Of a DNA stretch of 64,000 nucleotides, positions 1 to 14,370 are shown in pieces (position 1 is the stretch's first letter; every line of letters starts with the position of its first letter). The DNA comes from Pecten maximus (lineage: Eukaryota): contig NC_047032.1 of NCBI RefSeq assembly GCF_902652985.1, positions 23,622,001-23,686,000 of the forward strand, given 5' to 3'. The notes below the pieces were generated by a model that was not told the DNA's origin, did no database searches, and worked only from the letters and a program-made list of their open reading frames with translations. The position numbers were made by a program, and so were the translations under genes.

Positions 1-432
1 AAAAGACTTAACCTGAGTGACCACCATACTCTGTCTGTCCAGGCCAGGTTATGGTTTTTTTCTGACCAGTACCGATAATTAAAAGACTTTACAAGTTTAT
101 CTGAGTGACCACCATGCTCTGTCTGTCCAGGCCAGGTTATGGGTTTTTTTCTGACCAGTACCGATAATTCAAAGACTTTACCTGAGTGACCACCATGCTC
201 TGTGTTGTCTGTCCAGGGCCAGGTTATGGGTTTTTTCTGACCAGTACCGATAATTAAAAGACTTTACCTGAGTGACCACCATACTCTGTCTGTCCAGGCC
301 AGGTTATGGGTTTTTTTCTGACCAGTACCGATAATTAAAAGACTTTACCTGAGTGACCACCATACTCTGTGTTGTCTGTCCAGGGTATGGGTTTTTTTCT
401 GAGCAGGACGTCTGAAACCTTACCTGAGTGAC
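1..432. repeat. Minisatellite, ~81-bp unit, ~5 copies, truncated by the window edge
   Basis: Recurring ttacctgagtgaccaccatactctgtctgtccaggccaggttatggg...gataattaaaagac. Confidence 0.9.
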
Positions 433-1424
433 CATGCATTGTGTTTTCTCATCAATCTAGAGGAAGAATTTTCATTTATGTATGTATGCATTTATGCATA
501 ACCTGCTGTTCATAATTGAGTGTGTAGTTCTGTAATCTCAGTTTTTTTTCCATATACATATATATACTTTATCCTATGTGATTCATGCAATATTTTGCGA
601 TACTGTATGTATGTTGTAAAATCTGATTGGCTGAAAGGCCAAAGGAATAAATGAACTGAATTGAATATCTCACTGGCAAACAAACAGGTACATGCTGCCT
701 GTACCCTGAAACTCTTGTTCATCTGACTGCTCAAAAACAATTTGGAAAACAAGACTATGGTTGCAATTGCATAATAATTAATCAGTTTTCCTTTACAATC
801 ATGACTTTAATTTCTTGTTACATAATGAAGTCCTAATGTTGACACCAAATAAAATGTTACTTTAGATGGACGGGTTTAAATTAAAAGCAGCCAATTAGGT
901 TAATGGCTAATTTGAAAAGTTTTTTGGTCTATTAAATACAACTTTGTTAACTGCGCCAGAATCTTGAGGGAATTTTGAAGAGCACTGGGTGACTCCCAGA
1001 CCCAATCAAAACCAGTCCAGAGTAAAAAGTAATATAGTAAAACCTGAATTTCCAAACACAAACTTTGACATCCTGTAACACCCGACCATACCAGAACTGT
1101 GACATGCTGCACTGTCATTTATCCATACTAATTTAACCAACACACTGTCATATCAGAGACACACTGACTTGGTCCCATACGTATACAGTGTCTGTGAAGT
1201 CAGGTTTCACAGCACTTTATTAAAAGGTGTTTTTTTTTTATTGATAATATTTTTTATGGTTTCACCAAAAGTTTAAATATGTGTTTTTTGAAGAAATAAT
1301 GAAACAATAATATCATTTTCAAGGTATCTTATTTAGGATACAAATAAGAACAAATAAAATACTAATTACCTTCACATATGGTAGCCAATGCTGATAATAT
1401 ATGCCTTGACCTATCAAAGCTTTA

Positions 1425-1845
1425 ATAACCTCACCCCTTGACCTCTAATAGCCTATCCCCCTTAGACCTCTAGTAACCTCTCCCCTTAACCTCCCAAAGT
1501 CTCACCACTTGACCTCTAATATCCTTTTCCTCTAGCTTTTTGACCTCTAAAAGCTTAATCCACTTGATCTCTAAAAGCAATATCACTTTGACCTCTAATA
1601 GACTCCCTCTTGGCCATCAATAACCTCTCTCCCTTGACCTCTATAAAAGACTCACCCCCTTGACCTCTAAAGCCTTGCCATGTCACTTTGACCTTTTAAT
1701 AGCCTCGAGCTCAACCCCATCACTTCTGATAGCCTTGACCCATTGACATGTAAATGCTTCAACCTCTTGACCTCTGAAAACCCTAACTCATTGACCTTTA
1801 AAACCCCTGTCTCCTTGACCTCTAAGACACTGACCTCTAAAAGCC
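1425..1845. repeat. Degenerate ~25-bp repeat rich in TTGACCTCTA
   Basis: More than a dozen ttgacct(cta) motifs at roughly regular spacing. Confidence 0.65.
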
Positions 1846-2337
1846 TGTAAAGATAACCTCATGTTTTTAATGTTGACATCATTAAGGTCAATGACTAGCA
1901 TCATAAATATACATGTACCTTAGACAAGAAGAACATAACAGCTGTACATAATTACATGTGTCCCTTACACAACAGAAGTATGGGGTGGAATAATTACTCC
2001 ATGCTGAGTGACATCATTGACCATGACCCACAAACCAGTGTTTATAGACAAAAACATTCATAAGTGCTCAATACCTTAGAGACACTGGCCAAATGTTGAC
2101 CCATGTGAATGAAAGCAGGTGAAGCACATCAAGTAAAAGATCATGTGTGTCCAGACTTTGTTATATTAACAAGTAGTACAGCTCAGATTTGAGATAACAT
2201 CACTGGAGATTTATCTACACTTTCACAGATATCATAACTCTTCTTCTTCACAGGATGACTATATACACACAGGAGTAGACTGTAACAATGTACTGAATAC
2301 CATTTACTGAATACCAGGTGAAAATTTGTTGATTAGA

Positions 2338-3183
2338 TTTACCAGTCTCAACGTTAACTGTTACCTACATTTATTGGTTTCAACTGTCACCTACATTTAC
2401 TGGTCTCAACTGTTACATTTACCAGTCTCAACTGTTACGTAGATTTACTGGTCTCAACTGTTACGTAGATTTACCGGTCTCAACTGTTACCTACATTTAC
2501 CAGTCTCAACTGTTACCTACATTTACCAGTCTCAACTGTTACCTAGATTTACCAGTCTCAACTGTTACCTACATTTACCAGTCTCAACTGTTACCTAGAT
2601 TTACCAGTCTCAACTGTTACCTACATTTACCAGTCTCAACTGTTACATTTACTGGTCTCAACTGTTACCTAGATTTACCAGTCTCAACTGTTACGTAGAT
2701 TTTACCAGTCTCAACTGTTACGTAGATTTTACCAGTCTCAACTGTTACGTAGATTTACTGGTCTCAACTGTTACGTAGATTTACTGGTCTCAACTGTTAC
2801 CTACATTTACTGGTCTCAACTGTTACCTACATTTACTGGTCTCAACTGTTACCTACATTTACTGGTCTCAACTGTTACCTACATTTACCAGTCTCAACTG
2901 TTACCTACATTTACTGGTCTCAACTGTTACCTACATTTACTGGTCTCAACTGTTACCTACATTTACCAGTCTCAACTGTTACCTACATTAACTGGTCTCA
3001 ACTGTTACCTACATTTACTGGTCTCAACTGTTACCTACATTTACCAGTCTCAACTGTTACCTACATTAACTGGTCTCAACTGTTACGTAGATTTACTGGT
3101 CTCAACTGTTACGTAGATTTACTGGTCTCAACTGTTACCTACATTTACCGGTCTCAACTGTTACCAGTATATCTACCAGTCTC
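2338..3183. repeat. Minisatellite, 26-bp unit, ~32 copies
   Basis: tttaccagtctcaactgttacctaca and variants. Confidence 0.95.
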
Positions 3184-4695
3184 AAAGCATATGATGTTGG
3201 CTTGGGTCAGAAAAGTCTCCCAACTGCTGTGATCTGTACCAGCCACAGCTACTACAGTTACTCTACAGAATGAGTGATTCCTAACCAGCTGTGAACTAAT
3301 TTGGTACCAGCTGTATATATATATATATATATTACACATACCAATGTTAGTCCAGAACTCCGCCCATACAGCAGTATGACTAGTTAACCTCAGTTGGGGT
3401 CACACAGGAGATCATGTAATGGTATAGGAAGGTACTCAATGATCCTGTATTACACATTTTTTTGATTTGTGGTGTATCTCCTCAGCTTTGACAACATCAT
3501 AACTCGAACTAACATAGGTATGATTAAAAGGGATTACAAATAGGTAGTAAACGAGAAATAAACATAGCAGGGGTGTACAATTTCATCTTAGCTAAAGCCT
3601 GCCAGCAAATCCTGAAAAAAATGCTTGTAGCTCAACCTTTCCTTTTTTTCTAATACAGAAAATTTTCACTGATTTTTTACAGTCTCTCACTCTGGTGTCG
3701 AAATAGTATAGAATTACACATGTACACATACATATATAGCCGTCATGTATCCATGCAATAAGGAAATTTACTAATTGCACAAATGTGATATCTTAATATG
3801 TCCTTAATTAAATAGTGACATTCCACGACATGCATTTTGTGTAACATTCATACATGTTATATTTAATGTACTCGACCAGCCCCAACCCCTGGTAAGGAAG
3901 TAAAGGGATTCTGAAGGAAAGGGGCTTGCCAAACATTATATAAGCCTGGTTCCAAAACAGGTTTTGGAGTTTGTTTTAGTCATATTGACACTGTACAATC
4001 AATCAGCAGTGAAATGTGGAAGGGATTCAGTAACTTGATCATGTAATAGTTTTCGTATCATTTTCGTATTTTAATACTGGTATCACCTGAACTGACCAAG
4101 ACAGTGTATTTTCATTAAACAGAATGCATGAAGATTTGTTTCAGAATTCTGATTTAAATGCTTTTTAACTTTTTCCGTAACTCATGTTTTTTTAGATTCT
4201 GTAACAGAAGGAGTTATCAGGCTCACTCCCAGAAGTTTAAACGAATGGCAGACTACGTGTGCAATGTTAATGTTATCATTGTACTTTATTCCAAAATTTT
4301 TCACTGAATCGCATCCACTTGTTGTATTGACCACTTTATGCAATATCCTAGACAGTGATAATTAAAGCAAAAATGTAGCAAATCATCATATTTTTTATGT
4401 AAACTACGTTAACCTATGAAAAAATATCACCTATTACTCAAACGAAAAAAAATGAAACCTGAATGATATAAACACAAATCTAGAAACCAAAGTATTTGTT
4501 TTGAAAGACTTGAACACCTTTATATTTCATTGTATTGGATCAGCATATCAATAATTGAATAGCATCAGCTAAGCCTGTCGACTATCAATTGTCTATATAT
4601 ACTATAGTCGACAGTGGGGAAGAGGGAGCTCAGGCTATATATTGACAATAGTCGACAACAGGGATGGGGGAGAGCATAATGGCACAAAATGAGTT

Positions 4696-7255
4696 GGCGA
4701 CATAGCTATGGCTTGTCCTCCAAGTGTATAGTGGTATGGTGACATAGCTATGGCTTGTCCTCCAAGTGTATAGTGGTATGGTGACATAGCTATGGCTTGT
4801 CCTCCAAGTGTTAGTGGTATGGTGACATAGCTATGGCTTGTCCTCCAAGTGTTAGTGGTATGGTGACATAGCTATGGCTTGTCCTCCAAGTGTTAGTGGT
4901 ATGGTGACATAGCTATGGCTTGTCCTCCAAGTGTTAGTGGTATGGTGACATAGCTATGGCTTGTCCTCCAAGTGTTAGTGGTATGGTGACATAGCTATGG
5001 CTTGTCCTCCAAGTGTATAGTGGTATGGTGACATAGCTATGGCTTGTCCTCCAAGTGTATAGTGGTATGGTGACATAGCTATGGCTTGTCCTCCAAGTGT
5101 TAGTGGTATGGTGACATAGCTATGGCTTGTCCTCCAAGTGTTAGTGGTATGGCGACATAGCTATGGCTTGTCCTCCAAGTGTTAGTGGTATGGTGTCATA
5201 GCTATGGCTTGTCCTCCAAGTGTTAGTGGTATGGTGACATAGCTATGGCTTGTCCTCCAAGTGTTAGTGGTATGGTGACATAGCTATGGCTTGTCCTCCA
5301 AGTGTTAGTGGTATGGCGACATAGCTATGGCTTGTCCTCCAAGTGTATAGTGGTATGGCGACATAGCTATGGCTTGTCCTCCAAGTGTTAGTGGTATGGT
5401 GACATAGCTATGGCTTGTCCTCCAAGTGTTAGTGGTATGGCGACATAGCTATGGCTTGTCCTCCAAGTGTTAGTGGTATGGTGACATAGCTATGGCTTGT
5501 CCTCCAAGTGTTAGTGGTATGGTGACATAGCTATGGCTTGTCCTCCAAGTGTTAGTGGTATGGTGACATAGCTATGGCTTGTCCTCCAAGTGTATAGTGG
5601 TATGGAAACATAGCTATGGCTTGTCCTCCAAGTGTATAGTGGTATGGTGACATAGCTATGGCTTGTCCTCCAAGTGTTAGTGGTATGGTGACATAGCTAT
5701 GGCTTGTCCTCCAAGTGTATAGTGGTATATGGTGACATAGCTATGGCTTGTCCTCCAAGTGTTAGTGGTATGGTGACATAGCTATGGCTTGTCCTCCAAG
5801 TGTTAGTGGTATGGCGACATAGCTATGGCTTGTCCTCCAAGTGTATAGTGGTATGGTGACATAGCTATGGCTTGTCCTCCAAGTGTTAGTGGTATGGTGA
5901 CATAGCTATGGCTTGTCCTCCAAGTGTTAGTGGTATGGTGACATAGCTATGGCTTGTCCTCCAAGTGTTAGTGGTATATGGTGACATAGCTATGGCTTGT
6001 CCTCCAAGTGTATAGTGGTATGGCGACATAGCTATGGCTTGTCCTCCAAGTGTATAGTGGTATGGTGACATAGCTATGGCTTGTCCTCCAAGTGTATAGT
6101 GGTATGGTGACATAGCTATGGCTTGTCCTCCAAGTGTATAGTGGTATGGAAACATAGCTATGGCTTGTCCTCCAAGTGTATAGTGGTATGGTGACATAGC
6201 TATGGCTTGTCCTCCAAGTGTTAGTGGTATATGGTGACATAGCTATGGCTTGTCCTCCAAGTGTTAGTGGTATGGTGACATAGCTATGGCTTGTCCTCCA
6301 AGTGTTAGTGGTATGGTGACATAGCTATGGCTTGTCCTCCAAGTGTTAGTGGTATGGCGACATAGCTATGGCTTGTCCTCCAAGTGTTAGTGGTATGGCG
6401 ACATAGCTATGGCTTGTCCTCCAAGTGTATAGTGGTATGGTGACATAGCTATGGCTTGTCCTCCAAGTGTATAGTGGTATGGTGACATAGCTATGGCTTG
6501 TCCTCCAAGTGTTAGTGGTATGGTGACATAGCTATGGCTTGTCCTCCAAGTGTTAGTGGTATGGTGACATAGCTCTATGGCTTGTCCTCCAAGTGTATAG
6601 TGGTATGGTGACATAGCTATGGCTTGTCCTCCAAGTGTTAGTGCTATGGCGACATAGCTATGGCTTGTCCTCCAAGTGTTAGTGGTATGGTGACATAGCT
6701 ATGGCTTGTCCTCCAAGTGTTAGTGGTATGGTGACATAGCTATGGCTTGTCCTCCAAGTGTTAGTGGTATGGTGACATAGCTATGGCTTGTCCTCCAAGT
6801 GTAGTGGTATGGCGACATAAGTGTTAGTGGTATGGCGACATAGCTATGGCTTGTCCTCCAAGTTTATAGTGGTATATGGTGACATAGCTATGGCTTGTCC
6901 TCCAAGTGTTAGTGGTATGGTGACATAGCTATGGCTTGTCCTCCAAGTGTTAGTGGTATGGTGACATAGCTATGGCTTGTCCTCCAAGTGTTAGTGGTAT
7001 GGCGACATAGCTATGGCTTGTCCTCCAAGTGTTAGTGGTATGGTGACATAGCTATGGCTTGTCCTCCAAGTGTATAGTGGTATATGGTGACATAGCTATG
7101 GCTTGTCCTCCAAGTGTATAGTGGTATGGCGACATAGCTATGGCTTGTCCTCCAAGTGTATAGTGGTATGGTGACATAGCTATGGCTTGTCCTCCAAGTG
7201 TTAGTGGTATGGCGACATAGCTATGGCTTGTCCTCCAAGTGTTAGTGGTATGGTG
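4696..7255. repeat. Minisatellite, 41/42-bp unit, ~62 copies
   Basis: gacatagctatggcttgtcctccaagtgt(a)tagtggtatggt. Confidence 0.97.
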
Positions 7256-9510
7256 CGAATTTTACCACCCTATATCTTACCTGAACATTAGGTATTAATT
7301 GACCTTTTATCAATGTCATGGTTCACCAAAGGATCTGTTCATCTCTGTCACTGATTAATGGATGTTCATCACCCTGCTTATCACCAGATCTAATAACTGT
7401 AACACCTGTGTGCTGATCTGATCATCACATCTATTGATCTGATAGTTAATTTGGGCACAAATACAAAGTTGATAGTATCCTTTAAAGTTAATAGTATCTT
7501 TATCCAAGTAAAATAAAGGATCATCATTTTTTGTCTACTCTATCAACATTCAGAAACTTAGTATATAACAATATTTTCAAATCAAAAATAAAACCGCGAA
7601 AGAGGTCCAAAAAAGGGCTTGATTCCAAATATAGGCCTGGTTCCAAATGTTTGTTGGTTTGTTTATTTGTTGGGTTTATCACCCTGTGCATGAACAGCCA
7701 AAGGTCAAGTTTTCCCATATGGACACGTTAAATCTTGACACCAGATCAACTAATTTCCAGAAAACACACAAACCGACACAGGTAGCTATAGGGAACCTCA
7801 AACCATACACCTAGGTTCTTCACCTTGAGGTTATGCGGCAGGCAATCCAACTGACTGTGTAGAGCTCTTGAATTGTGGCCCCCAGAAAGGGGAGGGCATG
7901 GGGGATCACTGCTGGTACAGTATACCACCTAATAACAGCATTTGTGCTTACAAAAACACAAGGTACGAGCACTATTTAATCAATTACTTTACAAAGAATG
8001 TTTTCATGACTTTTTTATTATTATCTTTTTTTTCCCCTCTGGAACAATACTTTGTGAAACTCTTTGCCTGCTGCCATGCCAACCATACAATCCATCATTG
8101 ATGTTTGGAGATTTCTGCCTCGCTGCAGATTATCCAAAGTATTTTAGTTTTCTAAATAGAAGCTCGTTTGATGACCTTGTCTCTACTTCTGGTTACATGA
8201 AACCATGTACTAGCCATAATTGTATAATGTGTTATATGAGGATATACATAAGGATGTTCATTTACTACATGCATATGATGAAGATATTTTTGATATTTGT
8301 GTAAAACAATTATTTATATTACTTGAAAAATTCCACATTATATATGACATCTAAGTAATGCTATGGCAGACTAAACCAATATTTTTCATTAATATTACTG
8401 GTTTATGACCAGCACTGACATAGTAAATAGATTTACGAGTCCTGTGCATCTATCTGGTAGAAATGTGCATTACTGTATAACATTCGGACATCTATATACT
8501 TTGGGATATTTACTATAATGTAGTATGCTGGCACTGATATAGAAACTATGTATGAAGAAGCAGCTTTGAGCTTTGCCTTGTATACTTAAATTAATATGAA
8601 GATGAGAAGTGATACAGAAGCTGCAACAACAGGTGGTCCCAACATTAACCATCACCTGGGAGGCAGAGAAGTAGCAAGGAGGAGTGGTACACAAACAGCT
8701 GATGCTAGCCCTGTGTAATTTATATAACATAATCTCAATACTGGATAGAAAATCTAATACCCCGGTCTGTATCACTTAACATCAGTCCACCGGTCTGTAT
8801 CACTTCACATCAGTCCACAGTATTTTTGTTTTCTGTTGATCTGTCAACGGCATTAGAAAATTCCTGATCATGAGTAGCTCGCTGCCAGTACAAAATCAAT
8901 AATTATTTTCTAGCAATTCCCTAATTAAGTATCATGTCAAGACATCTATATATATTCATACAGAATAAATTACTGATGTACTGGCATGACTTCTAGTATC
9001 CTTAGTCCTCAGAATCCAAATACAAAGGCTAAAGATGGCATTATACAGCTAGTGCTCCAACCCTCGTTATTTTCAGCTTAACCACACGGCATGTATGAAA
9101 ATTGAGTCCAAGCTCTATTACATGTATTGGTTCAGTGTGGACATGTCTTCCCTGCTAGCATCTACTGGAGCTCTTCGTCAATAATAATGTTTTATTAGCT
9201 CCCAGAAAATAATTCTGAGGCCCATTGTTTATTATGATTATAACCACATATATTAATTTATGAACCACTTTGAGATATCAGTATACCAACAGAAATTTTA
9301 TGTGTCAAACAGATACTTCAAGACTAAGATAAATGTTAGCTTTTTCAATCAAATTCTGTTTCAACTCTGTTTTTCCAGTTCAAACATCACCTTCAGGTGT
9401 ATTTGTGTCCGTCCTGTATTACACTATTAGATTCCTGGAGCGGATGACACACTGGGCATCGACATTTCCAGGCCATAGCCTTTAATGTTGTCTATAATTA
9501 TTTATAATCA

Positions 9511-10900
9511 CATACTTGCCAACTTTCCCGATTTAGTCGGGAATTTCCCGATTCCAGACTCCCTGCCCCGTCTCCCGATCGTATAGATAAAACATAGTGT
9601 ATTCTCCCGATTTTGGAGAATATGTCTTGATAACCCCGTATGGAGCCCCTATTCATCTTGTTAGATTCACTAAGGCCTATGACAAGTAACGCTTGCTGGC
9701 TGGTGAAAGACATGTGTGGGGCATTGGTCAGTTAACTTACCTGCTCACAGACCGTAACGAAATTCTGACACTTCACTGACTGCAAGGGTGATAATACCCC
9801 GATAAATACACAAGTAATTAAAACCAATTAAGCTGAGGACGCGTGGTGATGGTTTTGTAGCAGGTCAGTCATGGTTGATTAAACGCTTGTAAATGGCTTC
9901 GTATACTGCCTTTGATGTCAAGCGCATAAACGACCTCTACTTGACAGTATATCTCGGACAGAAAAAGTGAAAACAACACTGGCAATGTTATCAACGGAGT
10001 ATCAAATTTGACAGATTACTTATTGAAATGTTAACTACGTTTAAACATCGGCTGATCATCGGCTGATCTTAATTAGCACAAGGAAATAAATTCACAATAA
10101 CGACCATATAGACCGAAGGCCTGGTTGCCGGTAGGTAACGTCGTTTCAATCACCGTAGCATCAGCATACTTCGTGCCGAGAATTATTTTGGCAGAAACTT
10201 TCCCAATTCACATTTTGAAAGACAGAAACATGTCCACAAATACTCACTTTCTTAAACTAAATACTGTCATGTTAAAAATTTGAATTTAAGTATCAGTCCC
10301 CACCTACGAAGTACTGAGTTGTAAGCCTATATAGCAGTATAGTGATTACAACTGCTGGTACAACCCTTTTTATTTTTATTTTTTGTATTATTGTCTTTGT
10401 TGTAATCCAAAAGAAACATTTGAAATTTCATTCAGATGTTATATTGTACATGTACTCTAGATATTTATCGTGACAGTTTAGGTATTTTCTTTTGAAGATT
10501 ACTGCTGGAGAGAAAGCTTGATAGAAAGACTGACATCTTTCTTACAACATAATTTTCATAACATATCGAAATAAATACTTTTATTTAGAGTGAACAGTGA
10601 GTTAAATCATTTCCAGAAATAATGAAAAATGATGTAATTTTGCAGTTTTTTTTTTTTTGTAACTTGTTGCTTATATAATTATCTTTCCAAACTTGAATAA
10701 AAAAGATCATTGGCAAAGCTTGAAATAAGTTTTTCCCCCTTTTTCTCAGTGTTCATGCAAGGAATTTATTTTCAAATAGCAAATTATCTCCCCTTAGTTT
10801 TTGTTTGCTAAATGTGTCGCGCGTGAAATGTGTTTTCCGGTCAAAAATGTCGCTCACGCACTTTCTCCCCCATGAGAATTTTTAAAAGTTGGCAAGTATG
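9511..10900. mobile_element. Non-autonomous TIR DNA transposon (hAT-like termini), 1390 bp
   Basis: TIR CATACTTGCCAACTTT / AAAGTTGGCAAGTATG, flanked on both sides by TAATCA. Confidence 0.85.
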
Positions 10901-11040
10901 TAATCAGGTCACTTCTTTGTTTTATTCTCAATAATTACACAGCAGTTGGTTGTTTTATGTCAGAAACCGAAAATATAAACAGCTAATTACCTTCAAATTA
11001 CTGTACAAGGAATCTAACATACAAAATATTACACAAGTAT

Positions 11041-12042
11041 ATCCTTCTGCCGGTACAGTTGTGTCTCATCCTTCTGTCGGTACAGTCGAGTCGTGTCTCA
11101 TCCTTCTGTTGGTAGAGTTGTGTCTCATCCTTCTGCCGGTACAGTTGAGTCTCATCCTTCTGTCGGTACAGTAAAGTCTCATCCTTCTGTTGGTAGAGTT
11201 GTGTCTCATCCTTCTGTCGGTACAGTCGAGTCTCATCCTTCTGTCGGTACAGTCGAGTCTCATCCTTCTGTCGGTACAGTCGAGTCTCATCCTTCTGTTG
11301 GTACAGTCGAGTCTCATCCTTCTGTTGGTACAGTCGAGTCTCATCCTTCTGTTGGTACAGTCGTGTCTCATCCTTCTGTTGGTAGAGTCGTGTCTCATCC
11401 TTCTGTTGGTAGAGTCATGTCTCATCCTTCTGTTGGTAGAGTCGTGTCTCATCCTTCTGTCGGTACAGTCAAGTCTCATCCTTCTGTTGGTAGAGTCGTG
11501 TCTCATCCTTCTGTTGGTAGAGTCATGTCTCATCCTTCTGTCGGTACAGTCGTGTCTCATCCTTCTGTCGGTACAGTCGTGTCTCATCCTTCTGCCGGTA
11601 CAGTCGAGTCTCATCCTTCTGTTGGTACAGTCGTGTCTCATCCTTCTGTTGGTACAGTAAAGTCTCATCCTTCTGTTGGTACAGTCGAGTCTCATCCTTC
11701 TGTTGGTACAGTTGTGTCTCATCCTTCTGTTGGTAGAGTTGTGTCTCATCCTTCTGTTGGTACAGTCGAGTCTCATCTTTCTGCTGGTACAGTCGTGTCT
11801 CATCCTTCTGTTGGTACAGTCGAGTCTCATCCTTCTGTTGGTACAGTCGTGTCTCATCCTTCTGTTGGTACAGTTGTGTCTCATCCTTCTGTTGGTAGAG
11901 TCGTGTCTCATCCTTCTGTTGGTACAGTTGTGTCTCATCCTTCTGTTGGTACAGTCGAGTCTCATCTTTCTGTTGGTACAGTCGAGTCTCATCCTTCTGT
12001 TGGTACAGTTGTGTCTCATCCTTCTGTCGGTACAGTCGAGTC
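11041..12042. repeat. Minisatellite, 27-bp unit, ~37 copies
   Basis: tctcatccttctgttggtacagtcgtg variants; explains the long ORFs on both strands. Confidence 0.97.
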
Positions 12043-12340
12043 CCTTTAATCTATTTCATATACAGCATTTTTGTTGTCAGAACTTTAGCAAGGATCTATG
12101 GATTATCAGAGTTCGATATATCTAGTCAGAAAAATAGTTTATGTAAAAAGGTACCTATTACAGCAATACTGCTCAGTAATATATATATATATATATATGT
12201 AAATTTAAATTTAAACTATGACCAAGGAAGTAAATCTCAAGTATTATTTAATAAAGGCAAAAAGAATAACACAATTTTAGGATGACTAGAGTAAAAACTT
12301 TATATGAAAAAAATTATCACACACACACACACATCCCCCA

Positions 12341-12377
<37 letters not shown>

Positions 12378-14370
12378 TTTTGTTTGAATTCATAATCACA
12401 TTTTAGCTTTAATTCCGATGATATTCTAACAATTGGATGGCCATAATTGTACATTTTCTCCATATCAATATATCACTGATTCCAGCACCAGGAACTCATC
12501 CCTACATAAACAGGCAATTTAACCAAGCTACATCTAGATCACTTATGGTACTTCAAAATCTATCTGTATTGACATAAAAACAACTGATCTTTATCTGAGC
12601 ACTAGAGTTATAGTATCCGAGGAAAACGTATATAGTGTATACAGGCACTTCAAACAGTTGTAGATCGTAGATTTCCCTCATTCAACTGGAATGAATCATA
12701 ACTTTTATAGAGTTTAGTAGTCGCCATCCAGGGGAGCAATTTTTGTACACTGTAGTTTATTTAAACTAGGTAGGTATTTGTAATTATCTTACAGTTTCAC
12801 TGAAAGTTCAATGCACAAACTTGGATGGGTTGGAAAAGCTTAATCGATAAAGTTTGCAAAGAAATGTATCCAGCTCCTTATAAAGATTTGCAATGAGGTG
12901 TTTAAAGGGGCATTCCTTCATTCGATTGGAGAACTTTGCAAAGTAATTTATAATTTATAAAATGTATAAATAAAAAAGCTTACACTCATATTTGTGACCA
13001 ACTGTGAAGGAATTGATGTCATATTTGTACACAATATCCGCAAAACTCTGTCGCTGTCAATCCTAACTAGAATATTCTGTCATGCCTCCTTCGCTTCATT
13101 TCACATGACACCTGTACCAGACTACCATAAACAGATCACTGCGTGGCAAGTGATGAAGGTGTATCTTTTTTGTTGTGATGCATCGATGATAAACCCCAAT
13201 TACAGCTTCCTTTTCCTTGATTTCTCATATTATGGCAAAATTTAAAGCTATTAAATGACCGAAGAATATGATAATAAATATGTGCACACAAAAAATAAAC
13301 TTATGCACTCACATGTGTCGTGTAAACAACAGATATGACATGCAAGTAAATGAAGGAAAAGGTAACAGATTTAATATCAAGACCACTTTGGTTTTTTATT
13401 TGTTTAACGTCCTATCAACAGTTGATCATGATCATATAAGGACGGCCTTCCATGCGTGCAGTTTGCATGTGTGCGTTTTTGGACGCTGCGGTATATGTTC
13501 CTGTTAAGTCTCCTTTTGTAACTTAGGAAATTATTCAGATCCTATATATGCGTGTTAACTTATTTTATGGAAGGTTAATGATATATATAACCCCTACTAT
13601 ATTGTTTTGCTGAAATTTACAACAGTCCACCTTAACCACCGCGGCCCCATGTATAGGCTGGTACAGTGACGTGGTACACTGTACATGTACAGACAACAAT
13701 GATCTGTAACTGCATATAATGGTTAAAATGTCTTGACACTCTTGTTCGCATCATATATTTCAGTTCTTTTATTACTTTCGGCCGTATGGCCAATCAGTCA
13801 CTATATAGTAACCCCCCAAAACAACCCTAAAACAAAATATTAGACCTCTTGTACAATTATAAAGGAGTTAACTGATGCTTTTCAACAACAACCTTTACAC
13901 ACTAATTTATGTCCAATGTGTTCTAACATTGTACTGTAAAACAATGTATCCCATCAGAGTAGCATACCAGTATGCATGTCAACACACACTATTATATAAC
14001 ATTCACAAATGTATATGTATACAGGGTAGAAAAAACTCCCATAAACACATGTTTATACACTTATTATGTATCCTAGACAGCATTTCTCAAGGACTATTAT
14101 AATGTAGATACTTGCATTCACACAGGCTGGTGTTTCTCGGTGACTGAACAACTTGGGACAGTGTTTTTCCTGCCGATATAACAAGGTGCGAAAGGCGCCC
14201 CATTACCAATGCATTTTAACCTTATTCTTCCCCAAAAAAAATTGTTTTTTTGTAATTGTATCCATAGGTTAAAACTTCCAAAATAGACAAAAGTATTATG
14301 GCAAATATCACACAAAAGTTGGTCAACTGGATTTCCTCAAAATACCCAACACTGGGATATTTATAACTTA

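Noticed and set aside
900-1118. ORF with LKILAQLTKLYL as a possible scrib LRR exon
   Set aside because: Does not match the expected Scribble exon 3 sequence (DIPEIPE.IKF type) and lacks convincing splice sites.
11066-12125. Long ORFs (up to 318 aa) on both strands
   Set aside because: Product of a 27-bp unit that is stop-free in most frames, inside an intron; no unique coding sequence or splice support.
12343-12371. Poly-C runs (also 41087-41107) as functional G-quadruplex elements
   Set aside because: Simple homopolymers that are common in such genomes; their length is unreliable in assemblies.
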